Virus record (IMG/VR): IMGVR_UViG_3300042554_001676
Span: 7,965 to 71,964 of that record
Reading direction: 5' to 3' (one strand)
DNA length: 64,000 bases
Source: a virus
Part shown: in pieces, positions 47,101-56,133 of the stretch
Numbering within the stretch: position 1 is the first letter of the stretch
Layout: the number at the start of each line of letters is the position of its first letter
The notes under the pieces: model-generated
Told to the model about the DNA's origin: nothing
Database searches by the model: none
The model's input: the letters and a program-made list of their open reading frames with translations, nothing else
Translations under genes and position numbers: made by a program

Positions 47101-47152
47101 CCTGCAAATTTTGCAGGCCTATTTATCTCAAGGTGCAAATTTTGCAGGCCTA
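47101..47152. promoter_or_regulatory. tandem near-palindromic 19-bp direct repeat (candidate operator pair)
   Basis: TGCAAATTTTGCAGGCCTA at 47103 and 47134 (31-bp period). Confidence 0.5.
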
Positions 47153-47746
47153 AACAGCTGATATAACAAATCGATCAAACTCACGGCATTTACCACAGCG
47201 CCCGCAGCCGCGTATTGTGATATTTTCGAAACTGATTGTTGGTGGTGTTGCTACAGGATAATTATGAAATTGTTGCGTACATGATACTACCATGGGTTTG
47301 ACTTGGTCTGGTATCAGATTCCACTGTTGCCGTTTGGTAAGATGTTCCAATGGACTCGAATAGTTCACAGTGGGATGTAAAATTTTCCATGCTTGATCAT
47401 GTAATACTTGAGCTGAGTATTCTCGAAGGCGTTCAGATTCATCTGCATTACTGGAATTCGCTCCATACCAAACTTCTGTAAAAGCAGGATTTCTACTTAC
47501 AACAATATGAGCCACCGAAAACAAGTGATATCTTTGGTGCACCCATTGCTGTGCTGGTGGTCCTGACATGGTAAAACGTTCAATGACGAGCCCAAAATAG
47601 TTGGCAATGGCTCTGGCAGATTCTTCATGCCAAATACCGCCTTCGCGATCATGCACACGATCCGATACCAATAGCACATCATCGCGATTGGCCATGGTAC
47701 ATAAAGCAGTGCTTTCAACACCGCCGCTGAATAAGATCAGTCGCAT
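47150..47746 (-). CDS. QueC-like PP-loop ATPase (7-cyano-7-deazaguanine synthase-like)
   Basis: LFSGGVEST PP-loop variant, SPLEHLTK, SC...GCGRCGKC Zn site. Confidence 0.7.
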   Translation of the reverse strand: MRLILFSGGVESTALCTMANRDDVLLVSDRVHDREGGIWHEESARAIANYFGLVIERFTMSGPPAQQWVHQRYHLFSVAHIVVSRNPAFTEVWYGANSSNADESERLREYSAQVLHDQAWKILHPTVNYSSPLEHLTKRQQWNLIPDQVKPMVVSCTQQFHNYPVATPPTISFENITIRGCGRCGKCREFDRFVISAV

Positions 47747-47757
47747 GTGGTCATAAA

Positions 47758-47779
47758 CAAAGGCTCCGAAGAGCCTTTG
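47758..47779. terminator. rho-independent terminator
   Basis: AAAGGCTC-cgaa-GAGCCTTT (UUCG loop on minus strand). Confidence 0.75.
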
Positions 47780-48003
47780 ATAATTTCATGAATGTAATTC
47801 ATCAAATTTTAGTAATGCTAATTGTCGAGCTAACCACAATTTCTTTCTAATAGGTTCTGAAAGTTCTTGGCTGTCATCTTCGAGGTTCTTGACACGTAGT
47901 CGATTAAGATTACGTGCAATCGAATCATCAAATACTACAACTTCGGTATCGTCAACTTCGCCCTTTAAATGCAGAAATTGTGCTGTACTACGACGAGCTA
48001 GAA

Positions 48004-48147
48004 TTACTTCTTTGCTTCTGGCTTCTTGTCGTCTTTCTTGGCCTCGGCCTTGGGTGCATCTTTCTTGGGCTCTTCTTTCTTAGCGTCTGCTGCAAAAGCT
48101 GAGGTTACTGCAAAAGCAGCGATAAGGGTTGCGATAACTGATTTCAT
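48004..48147 (-). CDS. small secreted Lys/Ala/Glu-rich peptide
   Basis: AAGGA RBS; MKSVIATLIAAFAVTSAFA signal then ADAKKEEPKK... Confidence 0.7.
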   Translation of the reverse strand: MKSVIATLIAAFAVTSAFAADAKKEEPKKDAPKAEAKKDDKKPEAKK

Positions 48148-48222
48148 TTTGATTTCCTTTTGAAAAGTTGCGTAGCCTAGGCTACGTATGTAATAACGCC
48201 TGTGTGTGTAAAAAGTTGACAA

Positions 48223-48735
48223 CTAATTTACCATAACACGACTTGCTGCTGTCATAACTGCGGCAATGCGCCCAATGTCTCTTAATTGTTCAACTGTGTA
48301 ACCTTCCTTCTTGAGAGTGTCATAATGTGCTCGAACACAAAAATGACATTTGCCTACAATACTAGCGGCAAGGCTATATGATTCAAACCTGGCCTTGGTA
48401 GTGCCACCGTGACTGGCAATAGCATTCATACGCAACTGTGCAGGTAAGCCTTTTAGCGCCGCATCCTCTGTCATTTCCACAAATGGATACCAGACATTGT
48501 TCATACTCATAAGACTGGCCGCTGTAATAGCAGCAGTGCTTTCTGTGGTGTTTGAGATTTGGCTTTGAATCCAAGTCCATAATTTTGTATTCCCAGTGGC
48601 AAAGGTAGCAGCAAGTGCCACACATTCTGCTTCCACTGGATCTAGTGTGCTACGCTTGACGACTGCGTCTATGTTAAGACGAGTGTCTTTGGCGTAGTCA
48701 GGAATCGCTTCCTTGAGTTGGTCTACCCATTGCAT
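48223..48735 (-). CDS. ahpD: alkyl hydroperoxide reductase AhpD
   Basis: IPDYAKDTRLN, MSMNNVWY, SIVGKCHFCVRAH (CxxC). Confidence 0.92.
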   Translation of the reverse strand: MQWVDQLKEAIPDYAKDTRLNIDAVVKRSTLDPVEAECVALAATFATGNTKLWTWIQSQISNTTESTAAITAASLMSMNNVWYPFVEMTEDAALKGLPAQLRMNAIASHGGTTKARFESYSLAASIVGKCHFCVRAHYDTLKKEGYTVEQLRDIGRIAAVMTAASRVMVN

Positions 48736-49300
48736 TGATATATTCCTTTAATAACGGTTCTTCATAAATCATTTGTGCTGCCACTGCTACTAATACAGCA
48801 GCACCTACCCAAATAGTTCTAGGCCAGCGTTCCATGATTCTAGCTACTACAGTACTACCAAACAAGATGATAGGTACAGATACTAATAGTCCAAAAATAA
48901 TTAACCACCAATTGCCTCCAGCAGCACCTGCAATAGCAAGAGCATTGTCCAAGCCCATTACAGCATCAGCCCAGACAATGGTAGCCATGGCTCCCCAAAA
49001 GGTACTTGCAGCAGCAACTTCATGCTCAGTTTCTTCTGTGGTGCGTACCAAGGTCCAAGCAATGTACAACAAAGCCAGACCGCCGATGAGCCTTAGTCCT
49101 GGGATCATCAGCAGATAAGTTAGTGCAGCCACGCAGGCGAACCTGACTCCCACTGCACCAACTGTGCCCCATAACATGGCTTGCTTACGTAGGTCTGGTG
49201 GTAGGCGACGACTGGCCATAGCGATAACGATAGCATTTTCGCCGCCTAAGACAACATCAATTAAGATAATGGCACCTAATGCCCATATGAGTTCAAGCAT
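48698..49300 (-). CDS. TerC/YjbE family membrane protein
   Basis: IDVVLGGENAIVIAMA, ADAVMGLDNALAIAGAA. Confidence 0.9.
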   Translation of the reverse strand: MLELIWALGAIILIDVVLGGENAIVIAMASRRLPPDLRKQAMLWGTVGAVGVRFACVAALTYLLMIPGLRLIGGLALLYIAWTLVRTTEETEHEVAAASTFWGAMATIVWADAVMGLDNALAIAGAAGGNWWLIIFGLLVSVPIILFGSTVVARIMERWPRTIWVGAAVLVAVAAQMIYEEPLLKEYINAMGRPTQGSDS

Positions 49301-49418
49301 TATTTCTTATTCCTATTATCGTAAAACTTATTGCCTAACCATATAGCCACAGCAATACTTAAACAAAGGATATAGAGCTTGATTTCATAAACATCCAAAA
49401 TCGATGCGTATTCAAACA

Positions 49419-49952
49419 TTACAGAGTCTCTCCACCCACTGCACGATTACAAGCACAGAGTTCACCAGTCTGGCAAGCATCTAATACACGCAGTGTTTCT
49501 TCTGGACTACGACCAACATTCAAGTTATTTACTGTAACATGCTGAATAACATTATCAGGATCAATGACAAAAGTAGCGCGAAGAGCAGCCCCGGCAGGTG
49601 CATAAAACACTCCTAGTTGATTGATTAAGCTAAGTTCACCACGCTGAGTATCTGCAAATTGTGTATGAACAATTTTCTTTAGATCCTCATGTGCGTTCTG
49701 CCATGCTAATTTACAAAACTCATTGTCTGTGCTGCCTGTGAGCAATACTGCATCACGATCCTCAAAGTCTCGTGCTAGTTTATCATATGCTACGATTTCT
49801 GTGGGACAAACGAATGTAAAATCTTTAGGATAGTATACAATGACTTTCCATTTGCCTGGGTATGACTTTTCGGTAATATCAAAGAATTGATCACTACCTG
49901 GATTGATTCCGGTTACTACAAAAGGTTCTAGTTTATCACCTACGGTTTTCAT
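49419..49952 (-). CDS. ahpC: 2-Cys peroxiredoxin AhpC
   Basis: YPKDFTFVCPTE, VGRSPEE, GELCACN; start reassigned to MKTVGD after AAGGAG. Confidence 0.95.
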   Translation of the reverse strand: MKTVGDKLEPFVVTGINPGSDQFFDITEKSYPGKWKVIVYYPKDFTFVCPTEIVAYDKLARDFEDRDAVLLTGSTDNEFCKLAWQNAHEDLKKIVHTQFADTQRGELSLINQLGVFYAPAGAALRATFVIDPDNVIQHVTVNNLNVGRSPEETLRVLDACQTGELCACNRAVGGETL

Positions 49953-50012
49953 ATTTTCTCCTTTGTGTGTGGGTGTTACAAGTATATACTTAGTCCTGGA
50001 CAAAGTAAAATA

Positions 50013-50033
50013 AAAAGGGACCGAAGTCCCTTT
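50013..50033 (-). terminator. rho-independent terminator after porin gene
   Basis: AAAGGGAC-ttcg-GTCCCTTTTT on minus strand. Confidence 0.75.
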
Positions 50034-50051
50034 AAGGTCCGTTATAACGGA

Positions 50052-51074
50052 TTAGAAACGATGGCGAATACCTACGCCAGTAACACGTTGATCGGCCCAT
50101 GCTGCGTTAGTACGATTAACACCGTCATTGGTGTAGTTAGTATCACGAATAGCAGCATAAAGATCGGTACGTTTACTCATGGCATGGCTAACACCAACAG
50201 CCCAGCTGGCTGTTTCAGCATGACGACCATTGACAAAACTATGATCGAAATGACTGTAGCTTGCCATTACTGTGTTTTGCTTGCCCATGGGCATGGTAGC
50301 ACCAATGCTGTAGCCTTTATCTTCTTTGGTTACTGCATCACTGTGTTCTACACGGTTCCATTGTGCAAACATTTTGACTTTCTTAAGGTCAACACTACCG
50401 CCTACTATCATTGATGACATATTTGGTTTGCCAGCACCTTGATCTACATCTTGCCATGTAGCAGTTAAACCAACAGGCCCTGCAAAGTACATACCACCAA
50501 TGCTTTTGCCTGTTTGTTTTGTACCATGTGCATCATCTTGAACACCAGCTGAATAAACACCAGTTAGTGCAATTGGCCCAGCGTGAGTTTTAACCAACAC
50601 AGAATTATTCCATCCTGTGTCTACTCCGCCACCTGCTAAATTAAAGTTAGCAGCACCAAAACGTTGTGTAACCATTGGTGAAAACACAAAACTATCACCA
50701 AGTGCATTAAACACAATAGTAGAAATAAAGTAAGGAGTAGTTACACGACCTACCTGTACTTCGCCGGACTTATTGGCTAGACTGACATAGGCATTACGTG
50801 CCCAATTGGTGTCGCCATTGAAACGACCTTGTTGGGCTGTGTCGGGACGTAGAAACTGCTCTAATACTACATTGGCTTTGACACCTTTGCCTAGATCTTC
50901 TGTGCTACGAATACCCACATAACTTGTAGTCATGCCACCTGCATTAACCTGTGTAGGTGATTTGCCAGTGGTATTTCCTACATAGCCATCTACTAAACCA
51001 TAAATGCTGGTTTGAGCATGAGCTGTAGCAGTTAAGGTAGCCAATACTGCTGTGGCTAATAGTTTTTTAATCAT
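50052..51074 (-). CDS. Gram-negative trimeric porin (Betaproteobacterial type)
   Basis: AQTSIYGLVD, TEDLGKG, ARNAYVSL, SKRTDLYA, C-terminal GIRHRF. Confidence 0.92.
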   Translation of the reverse strand: MIKKLLATAVLATLTATAHAQTSIYGLVDGYVGNTTGKSPTQVNAGGMTTSYVGIRSTEDLGKGVKANVVLEQFLRPDTAQQGRFNGDTNWARNAYVSLANKSGEVQVGRVTTPYFISTIVFNALGDSFVFSPMVTQRFGAANFNLAGGGVDTGWNNSVLVKTHAGPIALTGVYSAGVQDDAHGTKQTGKSIGGMYFAGPVGLTATWQDVDQGAGKPNMSSMIVGGSVDLKKVKMFAQWNRVEHSDAVTKEDKGYSIGATMPMGKQNTVMASYSHFDHSFVNGRHAETASWAVGVSHAMSKRTDLYAAIRDTNYTNDGVNRTNAAWADQRVTGVGIRHRF

Positions 51075-51215
51075 CTAAAGATTCCTTTCTAAATTAAAAA
51101 CTAACCTGTGTAGTGTACAGGGTAATTTATTTAAAGTCAACTACAATCAGTTATATAATTAGTTAATCTGGTAAAACTGGGTTATTTGCCCGTTATAGTA
51201 GTAGTTAACTAGGTA

Positions 51216-52130
51216 TTAACCGCCGTAAGGAACATATTCTAGACCAGTAGTTTGTAGTCCTACTAGGTCAATTTGAGTCAGCAGTTCAGAACGAGCCGCT
51301 GCAACCATGAGTACATCAGCTTGGCTGTAGCCATGTTTTTCGATAGCTTCAACTACCATGGTAATTTCATCATATGTACCATCGCGGTTAAAGGTATTCT
51401 TCCATACGTGTTTAGCAAACACGGCGTTAGTACTAGCACCTGCGTCTGCTAGATATTCATCACTGGTTAAAATTTTAGCTGCTATTTCTTTGATAGACCA
51501 CCCTAAAGTATCACGCAGATAAATGCCAGCACCAACATATTCTTTGGTTACATCATCTTCACCTAAGGCTGCTGCCATAAGTGCATAGATTTTACCTAAA
51601 TCTTTATCTACTAAGTCAAATGCCAAATGCTTGTCATCGAAATGAATTCGTTCATGATCTTCTAAGGTAAATGTAAGATTAGTTGCCAAATCGCTAGAGG
51701 CAATAATATCACCATCCTTAAAATTCACTGTGTAATCGTCTGCCTTGCCGTACACTCGATATTCATCAATACCAGTAGTTCCTTCAACATCAATATTGAT
51801 ATCAATCGCACCATCACCGACACGACCAGTACCCACCGAGCCAAATGTGGCAATTTTTCCTGATGCTCCTACAGTGCCCACGGTTACTATGAGATTGTTA
51901 GTGCCGTCTACTCCACCTAGGTCACTGCCTTTCAGTGTAATAGTGTCACCAGCTACATAACCAGTGCCACTGCTAGCTGCGGCTGCATCTAATGCCACAG
52001 TGTACTTACCATCAAGTTTGGTTACATCGAACTTGGCACCTGTGCCTGCACCATTTGTAGTGCCTGTTACATCTTGATACAACTTGTTGATAGCATTATC
52101 TTGAATGGTAATCTTGGTTTTTGTTGTCAT
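51216..52130 (-). CDS. S-layer/DUF4214-like surface protein
   Basis: Gly/Thr-rich N-term; ERIHFDDKHLAFD...IYALMAAALG...TNAVFAKHVWKNTFNR resembles DUF4214-associated regions. Confidence 0.5.
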   Translation of the reverse strand: MTTKTKITIQDNAINKLYQDVTGTTNGAGTGAKFDVTKLDGKYTVALDAAAASSGTGYVAGDTITLKGSDLGGVDGTNNLIVTVGTVGASGKIATFGSVGTGRVGDGAIDINIDVEGTTGIDEYRVYGKADDYTVNFKDGDIIASSDLATNLTFTLEDHERIHFDDKHLAFDLVDKDLGKIYALMAAALGEDDVTKEYVGAGIYLRDTLGWSIKEIAAKILTSDEYLADAGASTNAVFAKHVWKNTFNRDGTYDEITMVVEAIEKHGYSQADVLMVAAARSELLTQIDLVGLQTTGLEYVPYGG

Positions 52131-52154
52131 GTGTGTTTCCTTTTATTTGAAGAC

Positions 52155-52525
52155 GAAGGGGCCTGAGCCCCTGGTGTGTTTGGTTACAAGGTCTTTCCTA
52201 CCCCGCGGAGGTTACGCTGCTAGGCGAACATCTCCGAAATATGCATCGTTTGCATTTATTACTTTTGCTAGAATTACGTTCTTCGCCTATCGTGTTGTCC
52301 ACTTACTTACTATTTGCCCCGTCGAAACCTAATACCACCCCATCATAAAAAGACTATATTAACAGTTAAACCAACGATATAAACTAACGAAATTATAATA
52401 ACATTAATTCTAAAATTTCGTTTATTGATTTCTTCTTCTGTCATCCAATCTCTTTATGGTGGAGTGGGAGGGATTCGAACCCTCGTCCGCAGCACGTTTC
52501 TGCTTGCTTCATACAACAATAACTA
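52155..52525 (-). ncRNA. ssrA: circularly permuted (two-piece) tmRNA
   Basis: Minus-strand order: acceptor piece ending GAGGGTTCGAATCCCTCCCACTCCACCA (3' end 52457); ~115 nt intervening segment; coding piece starting GGGGTGG at 52341 (G3-U70 Ala pair); tag frame 52253-52212 = ANDAYFGDVRLAA*; terminal hairpin AGGGGC-tcag-GCCCCT. 5' boundary approximate. Confidence 0.92.
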
Positions 52526-52529
52526 ATAT

Positions 52530-53654
52530 TTATTTGCCGCTTGGAACCTTACCTTCGACACCTTCAATGTAGAAATTAATACGACCTTTCCATGCGTCAT
52601 CACCCACTTGGTCCTTCTCTAACACTACTTTACCAGTGTTGTCTTTCAATGGACCTTGGAATACATTAAAGGTACCGGCCTTCAATCCTGCTTTAATCTC
52701 GTCAACACGTTTCTTGGCTGCTTCTGGCACAGCATCAGCTACCTTGATCAAGTCGTTGGTGCCTTCTTTGGTTCCCCACTTAGTATCCGCAGTTTTCCAT
52801 GTACCGTTTAGCACATCGTTTACTGCTTTTTCATAGTAAGGACCCCAGTTGACCACAGCAGATCCAAGGTGTGCCTTAGGAGCAAATGCACTCATGTCAC
52901 TATCCCAACCAAAGGCAAACTTGCCATTCTTTTCTGCGGTTTGTAGCACAGCAGTAGAATCAGTGTTCTGTAGCAATACGTCGGCCCGTTGATTGATTAG
53001 TGCCTGTGCTGCTTCGCTTTCCTTTGGTGGATCAAACCATGTGTTTACCCATACAACTTTTGTAGTTACTTTAGGATTAACACTGCGAGCACCTAGAGTA
53101 AATGCGTTGATGTTACGAAGAACTTCAGGAATTGGAAAACTGGCTACGAATCCAATGGTGTTGGTCTTGGTCATTGAACCTGCTACTACACCAGCCATGT
53201 AAGAATCTTCATAGAACTTAGCTTCATAAACACGCAGGTTTTCACTTGTTTTGTACCCAGTGGCATGTTCGAACTTGACATCAGGATGATCTTTCGCTAC
53301 TTTCTCCATGGCATCACCAAAGCCAAATGATGTAGCAAAGATTAACTTATGACCTTGTGCTACTAAGTCACGGATCACACGTTCTGCGTCAGCACCTTCG
53401 GGTACCTTCTCTACAAACGTGGTTTTGATCCGATCTCCGAACTTGGCTTCAATATGCTTACGTCCATTGTCGTGAGCAAAGGTCCATCCTGCGTCGCCCA
53501 CTGGTCCTACATAGATAAAACCCACTTTTAACTGCTCGGCTGCCTTAGGCGCCTCTGCAGGTTTGGCTTCTTCTTTCTTACTACATGCTGCTAGTGCTAC
53601 AGCGGTAAGTGAGGCTACGGCTAAATGCACCAGCCTACGTTTGATTGACATCAT
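52530..53654 (-). CDS. BMP family ABC transporter substrate-binding lipoprotein (purine nucleoside-type)
   Basis: Lipobox LAAC; GFIYVGPVGDAGWTFAH, FATSFG, INAFTLGA, WFDP. Confidence 0.92.
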   Translation of the reverse strand: MMSIKRRLVHLAVASLTAVALAACSKKEEAKPAEAPKAAEQLKVGFIYVGPVGDAGWTFAHDNGRKHIEAKFGDRIKTTFVEKVPEGADAERVIRDLVAQGHKLIFATSFGFGDAMEKVAKDHPDVKFEHATGYKTSENLRVYEAKFYEDSYMAGVVAGSMTKTNTIGFVASFPIPEVLRNINAFTLGARSVNPKVTTKVVWVNTWFDPPKESEAAQALINQRADVLLQNTDSTAVLQTAEKNGKFAFGWDSDMSAFAPKAHLGSAVVNWGPYYEKAVNDVLNGTWKTADTKWGTKEGTNDLIKVADAVPEAAKKRVDEIKAGLKAGTFNVFQGPLKDNTGKVVLEKDQVGDDAWKGRINFYIEGVEGKVPSGK

Positions 53655-53724
53655 AATTGAAAATCTCCTTTGAGTATAAAGTATTTAATTTTGTGATCGA
53701 GGTTGAATAATTTTCTGTATGGGT

Positions 53725-54423
53725 TCAGAAAGATTTGTGTATTACTAAAACGTTATGCCTACGCCAATTTGGCACCCAAGGATCATTGTGGCCTTTAAAC
53801 CCTTGTTTATCGAAAAACATCATAAATTTCAAAGCCCATGAGCCGTGGTACAAAGACATTCCTAGTACCGAGCCTAATTGCGTTTCTGTATCATCAGAAT
53901 ATATGGGCCTAATATCATTTAGATCATATTGATAATTACCCGGGGTGCCAATGGCATTATACCAATTTGGTGCATCAACAATAAATCTAGACCGATACAC
54001 GAACGGACCAAACTCGATACCTGCGTGTTTATTATGCAGCTCGATAGTACCGGTTAATCCATATAAACTGCCAGTGGTCTTATAATTAACTCCCGGTAGG
54101 CAAGGACCTATGCAATGATGTTTGTTAGAATCATAGTTATTGTCAGCGGGAGTAGCCCAGGCATTAAGTTTATATGTTCCTAAATTAGTAAAACTAAAAT
54201 TGTATCTTAGGTTGTTATTAATTTTGTTGCGTACACCAATCCACGGAACCAGGTTGGTCATATCGGCGTTGTAAGGAGGATAATCTAAATTCTTTTGATA
54301 CCAAATACCATTTAATGGCATAGTGGCTTTGCTGATTCCTGCTCCTACAAGATATTCTACTGCAAAGCTATTTCTGAACCCAAATAAAATTAATAAACAA
54401 ATTATTATAATAGTGTAGCGCAT
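53725..54423 (-). CDS. putative outer-membrane beta-barrel protein
   Basis: Signal peptide, alternating beta strands, C-terminal Phe. Confidence 0.55.
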   Translation of the reverse strand: MRYTIIIICLLILFGFRNSFAVEYLVGAGISKATMPLNGIWYQKNLDYPPYNADMTNLVPWIGVRNKINNNLRYNFSFTNLGTYKLNAWATPADNNYDSNKHHCIGPCLPGVNYKTTGSLYGLTGTIELHNKHAGIEFGPFVYRSRFIVDAPNWYNAIGTPGNYQYDLNDIRPIYSDDTETQLGSVLGMSLYHGSWALKFMMFFDKQGFKGHNDPWVPNWRRHNVLVIHKSF

Positions 54424-54440
54424 CTAATACTTATACATAC

Positions 54441-54854
54441 TCATTGGTTAAACATTTGTGTAAATCTGCGTCCACGATATTCAAAAGTCACAATCTCTCC
54501 TACTACGACTTGCTGTGGTTGTTGGCTACAACGAGTCTGCATTTCCACTGTAGTACCATCACTTTGACTGCCCATTTGAGCACCAATTACTGCACCAGCC
54601 GCAGTGGCAATATCTCGTCCAGATCCGCCACCAATTTGATTACCAATAGCGGCACCCATAATGGCACCAACTACGCCTCCACCTTGACTACGACGTTCCA
54701 CAGGTACCTGTGTACAGACTTGTTGATATGCGGTAGCGAATCTCGGTTGACGTGATACCACAGTGGCATAGTCTGGTGCTGGCATGGTCTGTCCCCAAAT
54801 TGGCACACTTGCTGTGATGAGCAATAAACCAGCGAAATTTTGTTTTAAGTCCAT
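54441..54854 (-). CDS. glycine-zipper 2TM protein (YcfJ-like)
   Basis: GAIMGAAIGNQIGGGSGRDIATAAGAVIG. Confidence 0.85.
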   Translation of the reverse strand: MDLKQNFAGLLLITASVPIWGQTMPAPDYATVVSRQPRFATAYQQVCTQVPVERRSQGGGVVGAIMGAAIGNQIGGGSGRDIATAAGAVIGAQMGSQSDGTTVEMQTRCSQQPQQVVVGEIVTFEYRGRRFTQMFNQ

Positions 54855-55687
54855 AATCGTTCCCTTACTTTAATTAGACGAATCAACATGTCTGTGTCTT
54901 CTTGTTCACGCTGCTCTTCAATCTCGCGTAAGCGTTCATGAGCACGATCTCGCATGGCAACATATTCAGGATCGGTATTATCTAACATACTGAGAAAGTC
55001 TCCTGATTCCTTTCTGCCAAACTCACATGCCTCGCTCCAACCACTTTCATCATGCGGATCCTGTCGCTTGGTATAGACTTGAGTCCACCACATATACAAC
55101 GATAAGATCTCTAGGGCTGCCCGAGCTTGATCAGTGGGTTCACCATATTCGGCATCATCGGGACTGAGACCCCAACTTCGATCTTTGACAAGATTGATTT
55201 CCCAGTTGAGGTAGTCAATGCCAGCCTCGGGACAACGCCAGGTACGCCAACGGAACCAACCCAGACCATACCAAGGTACTTGGTACTTTGCCCTGACAGA
55301 TTGATCACAGGTCACATGCTTCCATGCTAGTTCAACTTCAACAAAATCAACGAGCTCGTTAAACAAGCAAGGTAAAAAACGGTTGCCCAGGTCACACCAC
55401 TGTCCTCTAGGGATGTCACGGCGGTGTGCAGTGAGTGCGTGAGTACTAGTAACCCAACGATTATTAATGTAATACTTAAGGTCATATAATTTATCCACAG
55501 GCCACATTAAGGTATCTTGAATCCGATCCAAGGCTTCTTCGGCGATCCAATACCGGATGGCATGAGCAGTTTTAGCCTGCTCACGCCAAGACTGCCACTC
55601 TGAGCTGGTCTTGGGCCCACCCTTAGGTTTACCTCGCAGCCAATCTGCGAATTTTGAGCAGGACCAGTAATTGGATCTTGTTGGCAT
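54845..55687 (-). CDS. conserved phage hypothetical protein
   Basis: 280 aa Trp-rich ORF. Confidence 0.7.
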   Translation of the reverse strand: MPTRSNYWSCSKFADWLRGKPKGGPKTSSEWQSWREQAKTAHAIRYWIAEEALDRIQDTLMWPVDKLYDLKYYINNRWVTSTHALTAHRRDIPRGQWCDLGNRFLPCLFNELVDFVEVELAWKHVTCDQSVRAKYQVPWYGLGWFRWRTWRCPEAGIDYLNWEINLVKDRSWGLSPDDAEYGEPTDQARAALEILSLYMWWTQVYTKRQDPHDESGWSEACEFGRKESGDFLSMLDNTDPEYVAMRDRAHERLREIEEQREQEDTDMLIRLIKVRERLWT

Positions 55688-56133
55688 TACACTCTTTCGT
55701 AAGTCTGTTTGAAAATATCTGCTTTAACTACACCATAGTCACCGGGACCATGACGCACAATTACATCAACCTCGGGATCGTATTGTAACTTTTCTCCCCA
55801 GGATGTGTCAACAGTACCTGAGTGATCTGCTACTTTGGCTAACTTTTTGATAGGCTTTGGACTAGCGGTGCCGTCACCGTTGTCCACTTTGATTTCCCGA
55901 AATCGCTCTGGGCTAATAGGATAGCGCTCACCCTTGGGTCCAGTCATTATATAATAACCCGCAGGATATCGTACTGGCCCTTCTAAGGTATCAATGGTAC
56001 CTGCCTGATCTGATATTTCATAAGGCTCACGAGCTGGTCGCTTGAATGCCATAAACGCACCTTTACTAAACCATTCCTCACCAACAGTATCGCCTTGCAC
56101 AGATTCAATGTACTCTTTCAAAGATTTAATCAT
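55687..56133 (-). CDS. PGDYG-motif protein with capsid-targeting-like leader
   Basis: TLEG...GPKGERYPI; HGPGDYGVVKADIFKQTY; leader MIKSLKEYIE. Confidence 0.7.
   Translation of the reverse strand: MIKSLKEYIESVQGDTVGEEWFSKGAFMAFKRPAREPYEISDQAGTIDTLEGPVRYPAGYYIMTGPKGERYPISPERFREIKVDNGDGTASPKPIKKLAKVADHSGTVDTSWGEKLQYDPEVDVIVRHGPGDYGVVKADIFKQTYERV

Noticed and set aside
48171-48186. Perfect 16-bp palindrome CGTAGCCTAGGCTACG
   Set aside because: Single occurrence in a 5' leader; cannot distinguish an operator from a simple leader hairpin, so too weak to call
52457-52490. Apparent tRNA (T-arm GTTCGAATC plus CCA)
   Set aside because: No D-arm or anticodon arm upstream; it is the acceptor half of the permuted tmRNA
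48223-54854. Bacterial chromosome or prophage boundary suggested by host-like genes
   Set aside because: Genes are isolated from their usual operon partners (no ABC permeases), tightly packed and flanked by phage genes; no integrase or obvious composition break
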